From a virus (lineage: Duplodnaviria; Caudoviricetes), in the IMG/VR virus record IMGVR_UViG_3300011338_000489, positions 1 to 33,732 of that record: DNA of 33,732 nt, one strand, 5' to 3'. The translations under genes were made by a program, and so were the position numbers. A model generated the notes under the pieces. It searched no databases and was not told where the DNA came from. It worked only from the letters and a program-made list of their open reading frames with translations. Of the stretch, positions 7,991 through 15,456 are shown in pieces; positions within the stretch are counted from its first letter, which is position 1; each line of letters opens with the position of its first letter.

Positions 7991-8026
7991 AGCCGTGTTT
8001 TTCTTAGGAAACTTTAATTGCTTAAT

Positions 8027-8413
8027 TTAAAACGGTATGGCGTCATTCAACCAATCTGCATCTTTTTTGTGTTTTGATGCTGGCTTAAAATCTGTTGCCG
8101 TATTTGTCTGTTGCTTTTCGCCTTGCAAAGCAATGTCATTTACTCGTATATCCATTACTTTTCTTGCTACTCCACTTTTATCTGTCCAGTCCCTTTCAGC
8201 AACTGAACCGCAAACTGTTACTTTTTGACCTTTAGATAAATATTGTTGTAATGATTCAGCACGTTTGCCAAATAGCGAACAATTCCACCAAATGGTCGGC
8301 TTATCTTTTCCCTGTTGATCCGCAACTGAAAACGAACACACTGGATCGCCGTTTGATAGGTGCCTAAGTTCTGAGTCTTTGCCAAGCTGTCCTACTATTG
8401 TTATTGAATTCAT
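8027..8413 (-). CDS. ssb: Single-stranded DNA-binding protein
   Basis: OB-fold motifs GQLGKD and YLSKGQKVTVCG, with an acidic C-terminal tail ending NDAIPF. Confidence 0.95.
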   Translation of the reverse strand: MNSITIVGQLGKDSELRHLSNGDPVCSFSVADQQGKDKPTIWWNCSLFGKRAESLQQYLSKGQKVTVCGSVAERDWTDKSGVARKVMDIRVNDIALQGEKQQTNTATDFKPASKHKKDADWLNDAIPF

Positions 8414-8985
8414 ACTGCCTCGCTTAAAAGAATTTGTTTACGTTGCGTTGCCATTGATGTTAGTTTTGATAGTTGTTCTTTTGATGCACCACCGTTTGAT
8501 GCCGATTTTAAATATATTGCAATTTGTGGAATATCAGTCGCAAACCTAATTAACGAAAGTAATTCCTCTGTTTTAGCATCGCTTAAAGTTTGAGGTTTAC
8601 TTGCCTCATTGCCGTCATCGTCAGCTTGATAAAGACCTGTAATCGCTGCTAATGCGTAACGCCTGGAGTATGTTGCGGCACTTCCATAACCTTGGGCATC
8701 GTTCTTTTGCAACGGCATTGTTAATTCATCCTCTATCCATTCGCCCGACTCGTGCATTAAACGAGTAGTAAGATTAAGTTTGCCCGACTCGCTGGGTGAA
8801 AATGACTGAATAAAAATGATGCCGTTATCGTTTAGTGGTTTTTTTATTGCCTCGATTACCGATTCAAGATCGGCGTATGAGCTTTTAAAATGTGGGTTTG
8901 TTGAATCCTTGACCGCAAAAGTTATTTCTTTTTGCGCTTTGAGTAAAGACGGTGCTAATTTTTCGATTGTCGTTGATGTTTTCAT
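8410..8985 (-). CDS. erf: ERF-family ssDNA annealing recombinase
   Basis: NPHFKSSYADL, LMHESGEW, QGYGSAATYSRRYAL and DDDGN motifs. Confidence 0.95.
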   Translation of the reverse strand: MKTSTTIEKLAPSLLKAQKEITFAVKDSTNPHFKSSYADLESVIEAIKKPLNDNGIIFIQSFSPSESGKLNLTTRLMHESGEWIEDELTMPLQKNDAQGYGSAATYSRRYALAAITGLYQADDDGNEASKPQTLSDAKTEELLSLIRFATDIPQIAIYLKSASNGGASKEQLSKLTSMATQRKQILLSEAV

Positions 8986-9104
8986 TTGCTATGCCTAGAA
9001 TTTAAAATTAAATATTTTGTGCCGCTTGTTGATCGTGTTCGATTTGTTTATTTGCTGCCGACTCGTTATTACTTTCTTCTAAGTCGATTCCGTAATAATC
9101 ATCT

Positions 9105-9335
9105 TCATTCATAATCCAGTCCTTTTAATTTAAAACAAACTTTATATAGATTCTCTCTGTTTTGTTTATGCTCATTTTTTAATATAAGCATTGCGTTGTG
9201 ATAATGTCTAGTTAGTTCCGCCATCCTTTCTATTTCCTCAAAATTTTTAGCAAGTAATTTGTTTTTTAAATACTTCAAATACATAATTTTTAAGTTTGGA
9301 ATTGGCTTAAAAATATCATCTAATATTGTTGTCAT
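9105..9335 (-). CDS. Hypothetical protein
   Basis: 76-aa ORF coupled to the upstream small gene. Confidence 0.55.
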   Translation of the reverse strand: MTTILDDIFKPIPNLKIMYLKYLKNKLLAKNFEEIERMAELTRHYHNAMLILKNEHKQNRENLYKVCFKLKGLDYE

Positions 9336-9445
9336 AAGTAACTTTCAACAAAAGATGCCACATATTCTACAAAAACCGATGAAACAACACATATAATAAA
9401 AATAGCCACAATTGCCGCAAAATCTTCCAAAGTTGACTTAGACAT
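9332..9445 (-). CDS. Small single-TM protein (37 aa); not in the ORF track
   Basis: MSKSTLEDFAAIVAIFIICVVSSVFVEYVASFVESYL, with a strong RBS AAGGAG and an ATGA overlap with the next gene. Confidence 0.7.
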   Translation of the reverse strand: MSKSTLEDFAAIVAIFIICVVSSVFVEYVASFVESYL

Positions 9446-9575
9446 TTTTTGCTCCTTTATTAGTTAAAAACCATCCTAATTGACGCCTAATTTCTTCAAC
9501 TGTTTGCTTTGAGTTATCTTTTTTGCGATCCCTAGTCATCCAGTTTCGTATGACTTCCTTGCTTGGTTTTTGCAT
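9438..9575 (-). CDS. Small conserved protein (45 aa, KPSKE..R.W...EEIRRQLGW type); not in the ORF track
   Basis: MQKPSKEVIRNWMTRDRKKDNSKQTVEEIRRQLGWFLTNKGAKNV, with RBS GGGGG. I recall this motif from betaproteobacterial prophages. Confidence 0.7.
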   Translation of the reverse strand: MQKPSKEVIRNWMTRDRKKDNSKQTVEEIRRQLGWFLTNKGAKNV

Positions 9576-9589
9576 TTCATCCCCCGCAG

Positions 9590-9865
9590 GTTTGATTGCT
9601 GGAACTGTTCGGGATTCTCACCCGAATTAATGTTTCTGTATTCATCAACATTTAAGCACTTTCTTGGGGCTACCAAGCACCTTTTCACTACTGCAATTTT
9701 TACAAACACTTACGCGATTTGCTTACGTGTTGATGTGGTTAGTAAATCCACCGCATAGCGCTGCTAACAACACGTAGGTCGGCCAGTCAAAAGACTAATA
9801 TATTTTAAATGCCCCTCAACATTTTTAAATATGCCGACCTACGTGTTGCCCCTCTTACGAAGGGC
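9590..9865 (-). ncRNA. Candidate structured RNA/leader in the early-left transcript
   Basis: Perfect 16-bp inverted repeat 9768-9783/9833-9848 enclosing two small hairpins. There is also a GUAA-tetraloop hairpin at 9848-9865 and a TTCGGG-TGAGAAT-CCCGAA hairpin near 9608-9626. Confidence 0.45.
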
Positions 9866-9871
9866 GAAATA

Positions 9872-10177
9872 TTAGATACTTGCTTGACGCTTTAAATTTG
9901 GTGGCAATTGATCTTCAAATGCCGCTTGCCTTGCAAATTTTTCAGCGTATTTTTGAAGATCATAAGAAAGCGGGTAATCGTAAACCCATGCACTTATAAC
10001 TTTAAAATGTAAGGATGATTCGTCATGATTTGCATCGTCAAGCCAGCCTATTGCAAATAATTTAACTTCGCGGTCTGTCAATTGTTCAGCGTACAGCACG
10101 TGATCTTGATCGTCGCTGCAATCGTCTTCTGGCTCCATTCGGTCATATGCTCGCTGTGCTTTGTCTAGTCCAATCAT
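9872..10177 (-). CDS. Hypothetical protein, first gene of the leftward early operon
   Basis: 101 aa, RBS AAGGA, directly downstream of the PL-like promoter. Confidence 0.7.
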   Translation of the reverse strand: MIGLDKAQRAYDRMEPEDDCSDDQDHVLYAEQLTDREVKLFAIGWLDDANHDESSLHFKVISAWVYDYPLSYDLQKYAEKFARQAAFEDQLPPNLKRQASI

Positions 10178-10216
10178 TTTGCTTTCCTTAGTTGTGTTGT
10201 GTGCTGCAGTAACTAC

Positions 10217-10244
10217 ATTATGACATAAAAAAATAAAAGCGCAA
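10217..10244 (-). promoter_or_regulatory. PL-like sigma70 promoter
   Basis: Minus strand TTGCGC-16 nt-CATAAT with a TGn extension. Confidence 0.6.
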
Positions 10245-10270
10245 GAAAAATAAATAAAATTATTTGTGTG

Positions 10271-10299
10271 TTGTATTTATTTATTCTAGCCGTTATACT
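10271..10299 (+). promoter_or_regulatory. PR-like sigma70 promoter
   Basis: TTGTAT-17 nt-TATACT upstream of the Cro-like gene. Confidence 0.7.
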
Positions 10300-10327
10300 T
10301 GCGGCATCTAAACAATACAAGGATTTT

Positions 10328-10516
10328 ATGTCAAATTTACCGAAATTAATTAAAGAAATACTGTGGGAAACTCGATGGAGTCAAGAAAATTTAGCCGAGG
10401 AATTAGACTGTACGCAACCAACAATTTCACGCATAAAAGCGGGGGGTGATTGCTTAAATAGCATGGGCGATAAAATTAGAGCGCTTCATTTAAAACATTG
10501 CAAAGGAAAAAAATGA
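10328..10516 (+). CDS. Cro-like XRE helix-turn-helix regulator (start corrected to 10328)
   Basis: WSQENLAEELDCTQPTISRI is an HTH; RBS AAGGA; first gene after PR. Confidence 0.85.
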   Translation: MSNLPKLIKEILWETRWSQENLAEELDCTQPTISRIKAGGDCLNSMGDKIRALHLKHCKGKK

Positions 10517-10776
10517 AAACAGGTGATTTGGTAATGACAAATATTGTAAATAGTATTTTATTCATGCGGCCGACCAAAAAAATAATTTACGATCGGGAGC
10601 AATTTTTAATTGATAAATTTGGTAATTCTGTTTTTACAGTTGCCGAAGTTGCAAGCGTATTTAACATTAAAAAAAATGCGACACAAAGCGCAATTAATAA
10701 ACTTTTGAAAAAAGGTGTTGTGGTTGTTGTTGAGCCAAGACATTCAAGCACTCCGGCTAAGTACAAATTATCATGA
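10513..10776 (+). CDS. Winged-helix DNA-binding protein
   Basis: FTVAEVASVFNIKKNATQSAINKLLKKGVV. ATGA overlap with the Cro-like stop. Confidence 0.7.
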   Translation: MKTGDLVMTNIVNSILFMRPTKKIIYDREQFLIDKFGNSVFTVAEVASVFNIKKNATQSAINKLLKKGVVVVVEPRHSSTPAKYKLS

Positions 10777-11195
10777 TGATTATCAATAGCGAAAAAACAC
10801 TACTGTCTACAGTAGATAACATTAAAAATTTATATAATAAACATAAATTTTTGCGGATCACTGTCAAGACTGGGAAAGATAGAAGTCTTGATTACAATTC
10901 GTTATCGCACGTTTGGTATTCTGACATTGCCGATCAATTAAAAGATGAGGATGCGCTAGGATGGAAAAACCACTGTAAATTGCATTTTGGCGTGCCTCTT
11001 TTACGTGCAGAAGATGAAGAATTCAGAGGAATTTACGACAATTCAATTAAACTTTTGTCGTATGAAAAAAAATTGCAAGCAATGAAATATTTTCCCGTTA
11101 CGTCGATTATGACAAATGAACAATTTGGAAAATATTTACATGAAATTCAGTTGTATTTTTACGACTTGGGGGTAAATTTAACTTTTCAGTCTTAA
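10773..11195 (+). CDS. NinB/Orf-like recombination accessory protein
   Basis: RSLDYNSLSHVWYSDIADQ ... TSIMTNEQFGKYL motifs. Confidence 0.65.
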   Translation: MMIINSEKTLLSTVDNIKNLYNKHKFLRITVKTGKDRSLDYNSLSHVWYSDIADQLKDEDALGWKNHCKLHFGVPLLRAEDEEFRGIYDNSIKLLSYEKKLQAMKYFPVTSIMTNEQFGKYLHEIQLYFYDLGVNLTFQS

Positions 11196-11215
11196 AGATG
11201 TAGTATGATTTTCAG

Positions 11216-11365
11216 TGATGCGCAACGCGTCAAATTTCAAATGCCCTGCTATTTTGACCGATAGCAGATAACGCAAACCAAAATTGACTTTAAGAGGGGC
11301 GATTTTACCGCAAGGAAAATCACCCTGAATTTTGGCAGGGGGTCAATCCCCTCTCTTAAAGTCAA
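11216..11365 (+). ncRNA. Candidate structured RNA (three-way junction, C4-like architecture) upstream of the replication gene
   Basis: A 16-bp stem 11284-11299/11350-11365 encloses a GCAA-tetraloop hairpin and a CCCTG/CAGGG hairpin. Two more hairpins lie upstream. Confidence 0.5.
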
Positions 11366-11382
11366 GAAAAAAAAGGATTTAT

Positions 11383-12138
11383 ATGGGCAGAATAAGAACC
11401 GTAAAACCTGAACTGTTTAAGCATGAGGAGTTATACGAGCTTGAACTTTCTTTTAAGTTGCCAATCAGAATTTCATTTGTTGGGCTTTTCACCTGCTGCG
11501 ATAGGGAAGGGCGTTTTAAATGGCGTCCTAGGTCGTTAAAGTTAGACATAATACCTTACGATGATTGCGACTTTACACGCGTACTTGACGCGTTGATGAC
11601 GCGTGGTTTGGTTGTTAAATATTCTGTAAACAACGAGGAATATGGTTATATCCCGACATTTACAAAACATCAGGTCATCAATAATCGTGAATCCGATTCT
11701 ATTTTGCCTGACCCCGCATCTGGATTGGCTTTTGACGCGTCAATCACGCGTGATTCACGCGATAGCCACGCCCCTGCAGGGGAAGGGAAGGGAAGGGAAG
11801 GGAAAGGAAAGGAAAAGGAAGGGAAGGAGTACGCTACGCGTTTATCAAACGATTGGGAGTTAACGCCGCAAGACATTGAATTTTGTCAATCGACGCGACC
11901 AGACTTAAACCCGCAGGAAATTGCTCAAGGTTTTAAAGATTATTGGATAGCGCAACCGAACGCCAAAGCTAAAAAATTAGACTGGTCAGCGACTTGGCGA
12001 AATTGGGTCAGAAACGCAAGACAATCCGCACAACAAAAACCGCAAATTCAATATCAAAGCGCAACAGACAAAGCTAAAACGCTTGCAGACAGACTTACTG
12101 GGAGAGCGAAAAATGAACGAATTATCGACATCAACTAA
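11383..12138 (+). CDS. Replication initiator (lambda O-like, MGRIRTVKPE family); start corrected to 11383
   Basis: N-terminal wHTH (CDREGRF), a low-complexity linker with iterons, and C-terminal FKDYW...KLDWSATWRNW. Confidence 0.85.
   Translation: MGRIRTVKPELFKHEELYELELSFKLPIRISFVGLFTCCDREGRFKWRPRSLKLDIIPYDDCDFTRVLDALMTRGLVVKYSVNNEEYGYIPTFTKHQVINNRESDSILPDPASGLAFDASITRDSRDSHAPAGEGKGREGKGKEKEGKEYATRLSNDWELTPQDIEFCQSTRPDLNPQEIAQGFKDYWIAQPNAKAKKLDWSATWRNWVRNARQSAQQKPQIQYQSATDKAKTLADRLTGRAKNERIIDIN
11577..11841 (+). repeat. Putative replication origin: ACGCGT-core iterons at 11-bp period plus a polypurine tract
   Basis: Cores at 11577, 11588 and 11599, then 11735, 11746, 11757 and 11768 (the last two degenerate). 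Purine-only run at 11778-11829. Confidence 0.7.
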
Positions 12139-12811
12139 TCTTGATGATATGCCGATTGCGTGGGTTGAAAGAATATTCGATCAAATGTTGTTGACATACG
12201 GAAAGAAATTTACAGATCAGTGGGGTGGCGCCGATCCTGACAAGCTGATTAAATTTTGGTGTGTCGGCCTTGCCGGATATGCTGGAAGTGAAATAAAACG
12301 TGGCTTATCTGGACTTGATTTGCGAGAGTGGCCACCGACACTGCCTGAGTTTAAAAAAATGTGTAGACCAAGCATTGATCCTTTGGTTGCCTATTACGAG
12401 GCCTTAAACGGGCTACAGGAGCGATTAAAAGGTGAGGTTGGTACTTGGAGTCATCCTGCGATTTATCACGCCTCTAAAGGGCTGCAATTTGATTTACTCA
12501 ACCAGACTTATAGTCAAATTAAAACGCGATGGGAAAATGCGCTTGCAGATCAATTACAAAAAGGGCAATGGGAAGAAATTATTAAGCCTGTTTTGATGAT
12601 TGCAACAAGCACAACACAAGCATCAAAAGATGAGGCTGTAAAAGCATTGGCGAAAATAGAAAAGCAAGCTGGTGTTGCTTTAGAACATAAAACGGATCAT
12701 CGGCTGTGGGCAAAAAAGATAATTAAATTATCAGCGGAACATGATCATAAGCTGTCTGAGATACAAATAAGATTTGCAAAAGAGGCATTAAAAGAGAGGC
12801 AAGATGTATGA
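12113..12811 (+). CDS. Replication protein P-like / helicase loader
   Basis: Overlaps the initiator gene. YGKKFTDQW and WPPTLPEFKKMC motifs are typical of P-like proteins. Confidence 0.7.
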   Translation: MNELSTSTNLDDMPIAWVERIFDQMLLTYGKKFTDQWGGADPDKLIKFWCVGLAGYAGSEIKRGLSGLDLREWPPTLPEFKKMCRPSIDPLVAYYEALNGLQERLKGEVGTWSHPAIYHASKGLQFDLLNQTYSQIKTRWENALADQLQKGQWEEIIKPVLMIATSTTQASKDEAVKALAKIEKQAGVALEHKTDHRLWAKKIIKLSAEHDHKLSEIQIRFAKEALKERQDV

Positions 12812-13001
12812 GGATCATCGTTTTGAGTGTGAGGTAAGGCATATTTTAAAGTTAAGACTTTTAGGAAAATATGAGGTAGATAAATATTTAACTTTGGTCG
12901 AAAAAATGCGAGGTAAAAATGCACGATATAAATTGCAAGATGAAGCAAAAAAGCAATGGGAAAAAGGTAATCGGGGAAAGTATGACGATTGGAAAGTCTA
13001 A
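12804..13001 (+). CDS. Conserved phage hypothetical protein (HRFECEVR...QWEKGNRG)
   Basis: Small gene commonly found after P-like genes; overlapping start. Confidence 0.7.
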   Translation: MYEDHRFECEVRHILKLRLLGKYEVDKYLTLVEKMRGKNARYKLQDEAKKQWEKGNRGKYDDWKV

Positions 13002-13016
13002 CTTTGAAAGCTAAAA

Positions 13017-13205
13017 ATGAATAAAAATTTTGATGAATTATTATTAAAATTAACAGATTATGAGCAGGATGTTACGGATATGGAAAGACTTTTAATTGCT
13101 AATGAAATAATGCGATTAAGAATGGAGTTAGCAGAAGCACAAGGCGCGATTGATTATGCAACGTTATACATTGCAAAGCCAGAATCCGGAAAAAAATTTA
13201 ATTAA
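13017..13205 (+). CDS. Hypothetical protein
   Basis: 62 aa, in operon. Confidence 0.6.
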   Translation: MNKNFDELLLKLTDYEQDVTDMERLLIANEIMRLRMELAEAQGAIDYATLYIAKPESGKKFN

Positions 13206-13220
13206 ATTAGGAAAATAACT

Positions 13221-13646
13221 ATGATGGATCAAGAAAAGGCAGCAAAATATTTTATTGTTGGATGGATAAAGAACTGGAATTTATATACCTATTTGCAAGT
13301 CGTAACTGGCAAAAGTAAACCAAACGTGCAAGATGCTCATAAAATTTATTCTTGGTTACCTACCGATAAAGTTAATTTTATCAGAAAAGAAATTAAGCGC
13401 TATGTTGCCGACAATATTCCAAAGTTAAGTGAAAAATTGTTTAATGAAAATGACAATTTAAAAAAGTTAGAATTTTACAAATTGGCAATGGTAAAAATTG
13501 GTGAAAAAAGTACAAACAAATTTGACAAAGCAAGAAAAGCGTATCTGGACGAAAGGAGATTTTACCATGCTAATAATAAAACAAATGAGTTATCTGTAGA
13601 GCAAATGAGGCGTGGATCGGGACATAGTTGGAACGTTTGCAAATGA
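13221..13646 (+). CDS. Hypothetical protein
   Basis: 141 aa, RBS AGGA, ATGA overlap with ninG. Confidence 0.65.
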   Translation: MMDQEKAAKYFIVGWIKNWNLYTYLQVVTGKSKPNVQDAHKIYSWLPTDKVNFIRKEIKRYVADNIPKLSEKLFNENDNLKKLEFYKLAMVKIGEKSTNKFDKARKAYLDERRFYHANNKTNELSVEQMRRGSGHSWNVCK

Positions 13647-14176
13647 GCATATGCAAATGTTGCAAGAAAAAATATGATAAATCAAGGCCAATGCAAGTAG
13701 TCTGCGGGTTAGATTGTGCCTTGATTTACTCAAAAGAAACTAGAAAAAAAAGGGAAAAAAAAGAGATTAAGATAAAAAAAGATGCTTTAAAGCCATTAAT
13801 TTATTATGTAAAAAAAGCTGAAAAGGTTTGCAATGAATATATACGTGTGCGCGATACAAATTTGCCATGTATATCATGCGGTGCAATTGATGCGAATAAA
13901 TGGGACGCGGGACACTATATTTCAGTTGGCGCAAATCGAACGTTAAGATTTAATGAGTTAAATATTCATAAGCAATGTTCTTTTAATTGCAATGTAAATC
14001 TTTCTGGCAATTTAATTAATTACAGAAAAGGATTGTTAAAGAAGATTGGCGAGGAAAGATTGGCATGGCTAGAAGGTTGGCACGAGCCTGAAAAAATGAC
14101 AAAAGACAAAGCAATTGCAATTGAAAAGTATTATAAAGAAAAGTTAATTAACTTAAAAAAAGGCAATCATGGATAA
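13643..14176 (+). CDS. ninG: NinG/Rap junction endonuclease
   Basis: CKCC...QVVCGLDC, YIRVRD, PCISCG, WDAGHY and RFNELNIHKQC motifs. Confidence 0.92.
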   Translation: MSICKCCKKKYDKSRPMQVVCGLDCALIYSKETRKKREKKEIKIKKDALKPLIYYVKKAEKVCNEYIRVRDTNLPCISCGAIDANKWDAGHYISVGANRTLRFNELNIHKQCSFNCNVNLSGNLINYRKGLLKKIGEERLAWLEGWHEPEKMTKDKAIAIEKYYKEKLINLKKGNHG

Positions 14177-14339
14177 CAAAAAAGCTATCAAATTAATGCA
14201 AAGTTTGCAAGATCAAATTAAAAGTGAAAACCCACAAGGATGGTGTGTTATACGTGAAAATGATATAATAGAGGCAATTGAATTTATTAATTATGTAATC
14301 AATAAAGCTGGTGAAAATGGAATAAAATCTCGCGGCTAG
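14169..14339 (+). CDS. Hypothetical protein (56 aa); not in the ORF track
   Basis: MDNKKAIKLMQSLQDQIKSENPQGWCVIRENDIIEAIEFINYVINKAGENGIKSRG, overlapping the ninG stop. Confidence 0.6.
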   Translation: MDNKKAIKLMQSLQDQIKSENPQGWCVIRENDIIEAIEFINYVINKAGENGIKSRG

Positions 14340-14358
14340 AATTTAAGCCACGAGATTT
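14325..14358. terminator. Bidirectional terminator between convergent operons
   Basis: AAATCTCGCGGCT/AGCCACGAGATTT stem flanked by A/T tracts. Confidence 0.65.
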
Positions 14359-14385
14359 AATTTGTTGAACATCGTAAAAAATTTG

Positions 14386-14574
14386 TTACCGATCTTTTAC
14401 AATCAGAAAATACTCGTAAATCGCTCTACACATTTTGCGATGCGCAGGACTTCCAAGCGGCGCCTCCCAGTTCTGCCAAGTACGCAGCGGTTTGTATACT
14501 AAAGCTGCTGCTTGAGTTTGAGTAAGAGAACCTCTGGCTTGGCGAATTTCTTGTGGTGTAGGTGATGTTTTCAT
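14386..14574 (-). CDS. Small XRE-family HTH regulator
   Basis: EIRQARGSLTQTQAAALVYKPLRTWQNWE. Confidence 0.85.
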   Translation of the reverse strand: MKTSPTPQEIRQARGSLTQTQAAALVYKPLRTWQNWEAPLGSPAHRKMCRAIYEYFLIVKDR

Positions 14575-14762
14575 AATGCCCCAAGAATGTTAATTGCGGC
14601 AATTTCGCATTTGTTAATTGCTAACAATTCTTCATCTGTTTTAGCCCAAAATTTTGCGTTTGTATCTATAGCGCAAGAAAAAAAATTAACGGCTGTTTTT
14701 TTATCGCTTGGAAAATTGTCTTGATATTTCAGGCAATATTGTAAATATGTAATTGGTGGCAT
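14571..14762 (-). CDS. Hypothetical protein
   Basis: 63 aa, coupled to the XRE gene. Confidence 0.6.
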   Translation of the reverse strand: MPPITYLQYCLKYQDNFPSDKKTAVNFFSCAIDTNAKFWAKTDEELLAINKCEIAAINILGAL

Positions 14763-14812
14763 GATTTATCTCTTAAGTTAAGCTATAGTCAAATAACTAT
14801 AGCTGAATTTGT

Positions 14813-14833
14813 ATTATACACTAATTGAGTGTA
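14813..14833 (-). promoter_or_regulatory. -10 element (TATAAT) overlapped by the palindromic operator TACACT-N5-AGTGTA
   Basis: Perfect 6-5-6 palindrome at 14817-14833, with a second related copy at 15461-15477. No good -35 element. Confidence 0.55.
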
Positions 14834-14839
14834 GTTAAG

Positions 14840-15061
14840 TTAAATTTTTACGCCATATTTTTTGTTAAGTTCATCAAAAATAGACTTGCTTGACTGATCA
14901 AAAAAAGTGGTTATTTTTTCGTCTTGATCAAGGCTGTCAAGATAGTCGGCAAAGAAGCGAGGCGTGTTTACTTCAACTGCAGAATCATCAAGTTCATTTC
15001 CAATAAAAGTTATTCCATTGATGCAATTTGCTTGATAATAGCCTTGTTGAAATGTAGTCAT
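14840..15061 (-). CDS. Hypothetical protein (start corrected to 15061)
   Basis: RBS AAGGA before MTTFQQG. Confidence 0.65.
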   Translation of the reverse strand: MTTFQQGYYQANCINGITFIGNELDDSAVEVNTPRFFADYLDSLDQDEKITTFFDQSSKSIFDELNKKYGVKI

Positions 15062-15077
15062 GTTTAATCCTTTTAAA

Positions 15078-15209
15078 TTAGTTAAATTTCGGATATGTAG
15101 TGCAGATTGCACCATACTTTGCATCCTGACGGTCTTTTGCGCTCATGGCAGCTTTAAGGCTGTTGTATGAGTAAACTTTGTTTGTTTTCGTGTTTTTAAA
15201 TGTGTACAT
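15078..15209 (-). CDS. Hypothetical protein (43 aa); not in the ORF track
   Basis: MYTFKNTKTNKVYSYNSLKAAMSAKDRQDAKYGAICTTYPKFN fills the gap between its neighbours. Confidence 0.55.
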   Translation of the reverse strand: MYTFKNTKTNKVYSYNSLKAAMSAKDRQDAKYGAICTTYPKFN

Positions 15210-15223
15210 GTTGTATCTGCTAA

Positions 15224-15409
15224 TTAGTTGGATTCGTTTTGTAATAATGCTGCGCGTAATTTATAAAGAACTGTGTAAGCCTCTCCAATATTTTTTGGAA
15301 GCGTATTTTCATCAAGAATTGATTCGTCAGCATTATTCAACAATGCTCGTATAGCCAAACTAATTTGTTTATTTGAGTGAATCGCAAGAACGTTTTTCTC
15401 TGACTTCAT
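15224..15409 (-). CDS. Hypothetical protein
   Basis: RBS AAGGAG before MKSEKN; first gene after the promoter. Confidence 0.7.
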   Translation of the reverse strand: MKSEKNVLAIHSNKQISLAIRALLNNADESILDENTLPKNIGEAYTVLYKLRAALLQNESN

Positions 15410-15456
15410 TTGCATCTCCTTTTGTGACGCTGCGTAATTGCTGCATCAATGGAGTC

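Noticed and set aside
8996-9112. Possible 38-aa minus-strand ORF (MNEDDYYGIDLEES...) upstream of erf
   Set aside because: Plausible by position and overlap, but too short and featureless to support as a feature.
9570-9758. Plus-strand 62-aa ORF in the ORF track
   Set aside because: TTG start, no RBS, opposite to the operon, and it overlaps the hairpin-rich leader.
9590-9760. tRNA gene suggested by the T-loop-like hairpin
   Set aside because: I could not assemble an acceptor stem, D-arm or anticodon arm. It is kept only as part of the structured-leader candidate.
13221-13646. Possible Q antiterminator
   Set aside because: No Q-like Zn-finger or HTH pattern is recognisable, and it lies upstream rather than downstream of ninG. 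It cannot be fully excluded without an HMM search.
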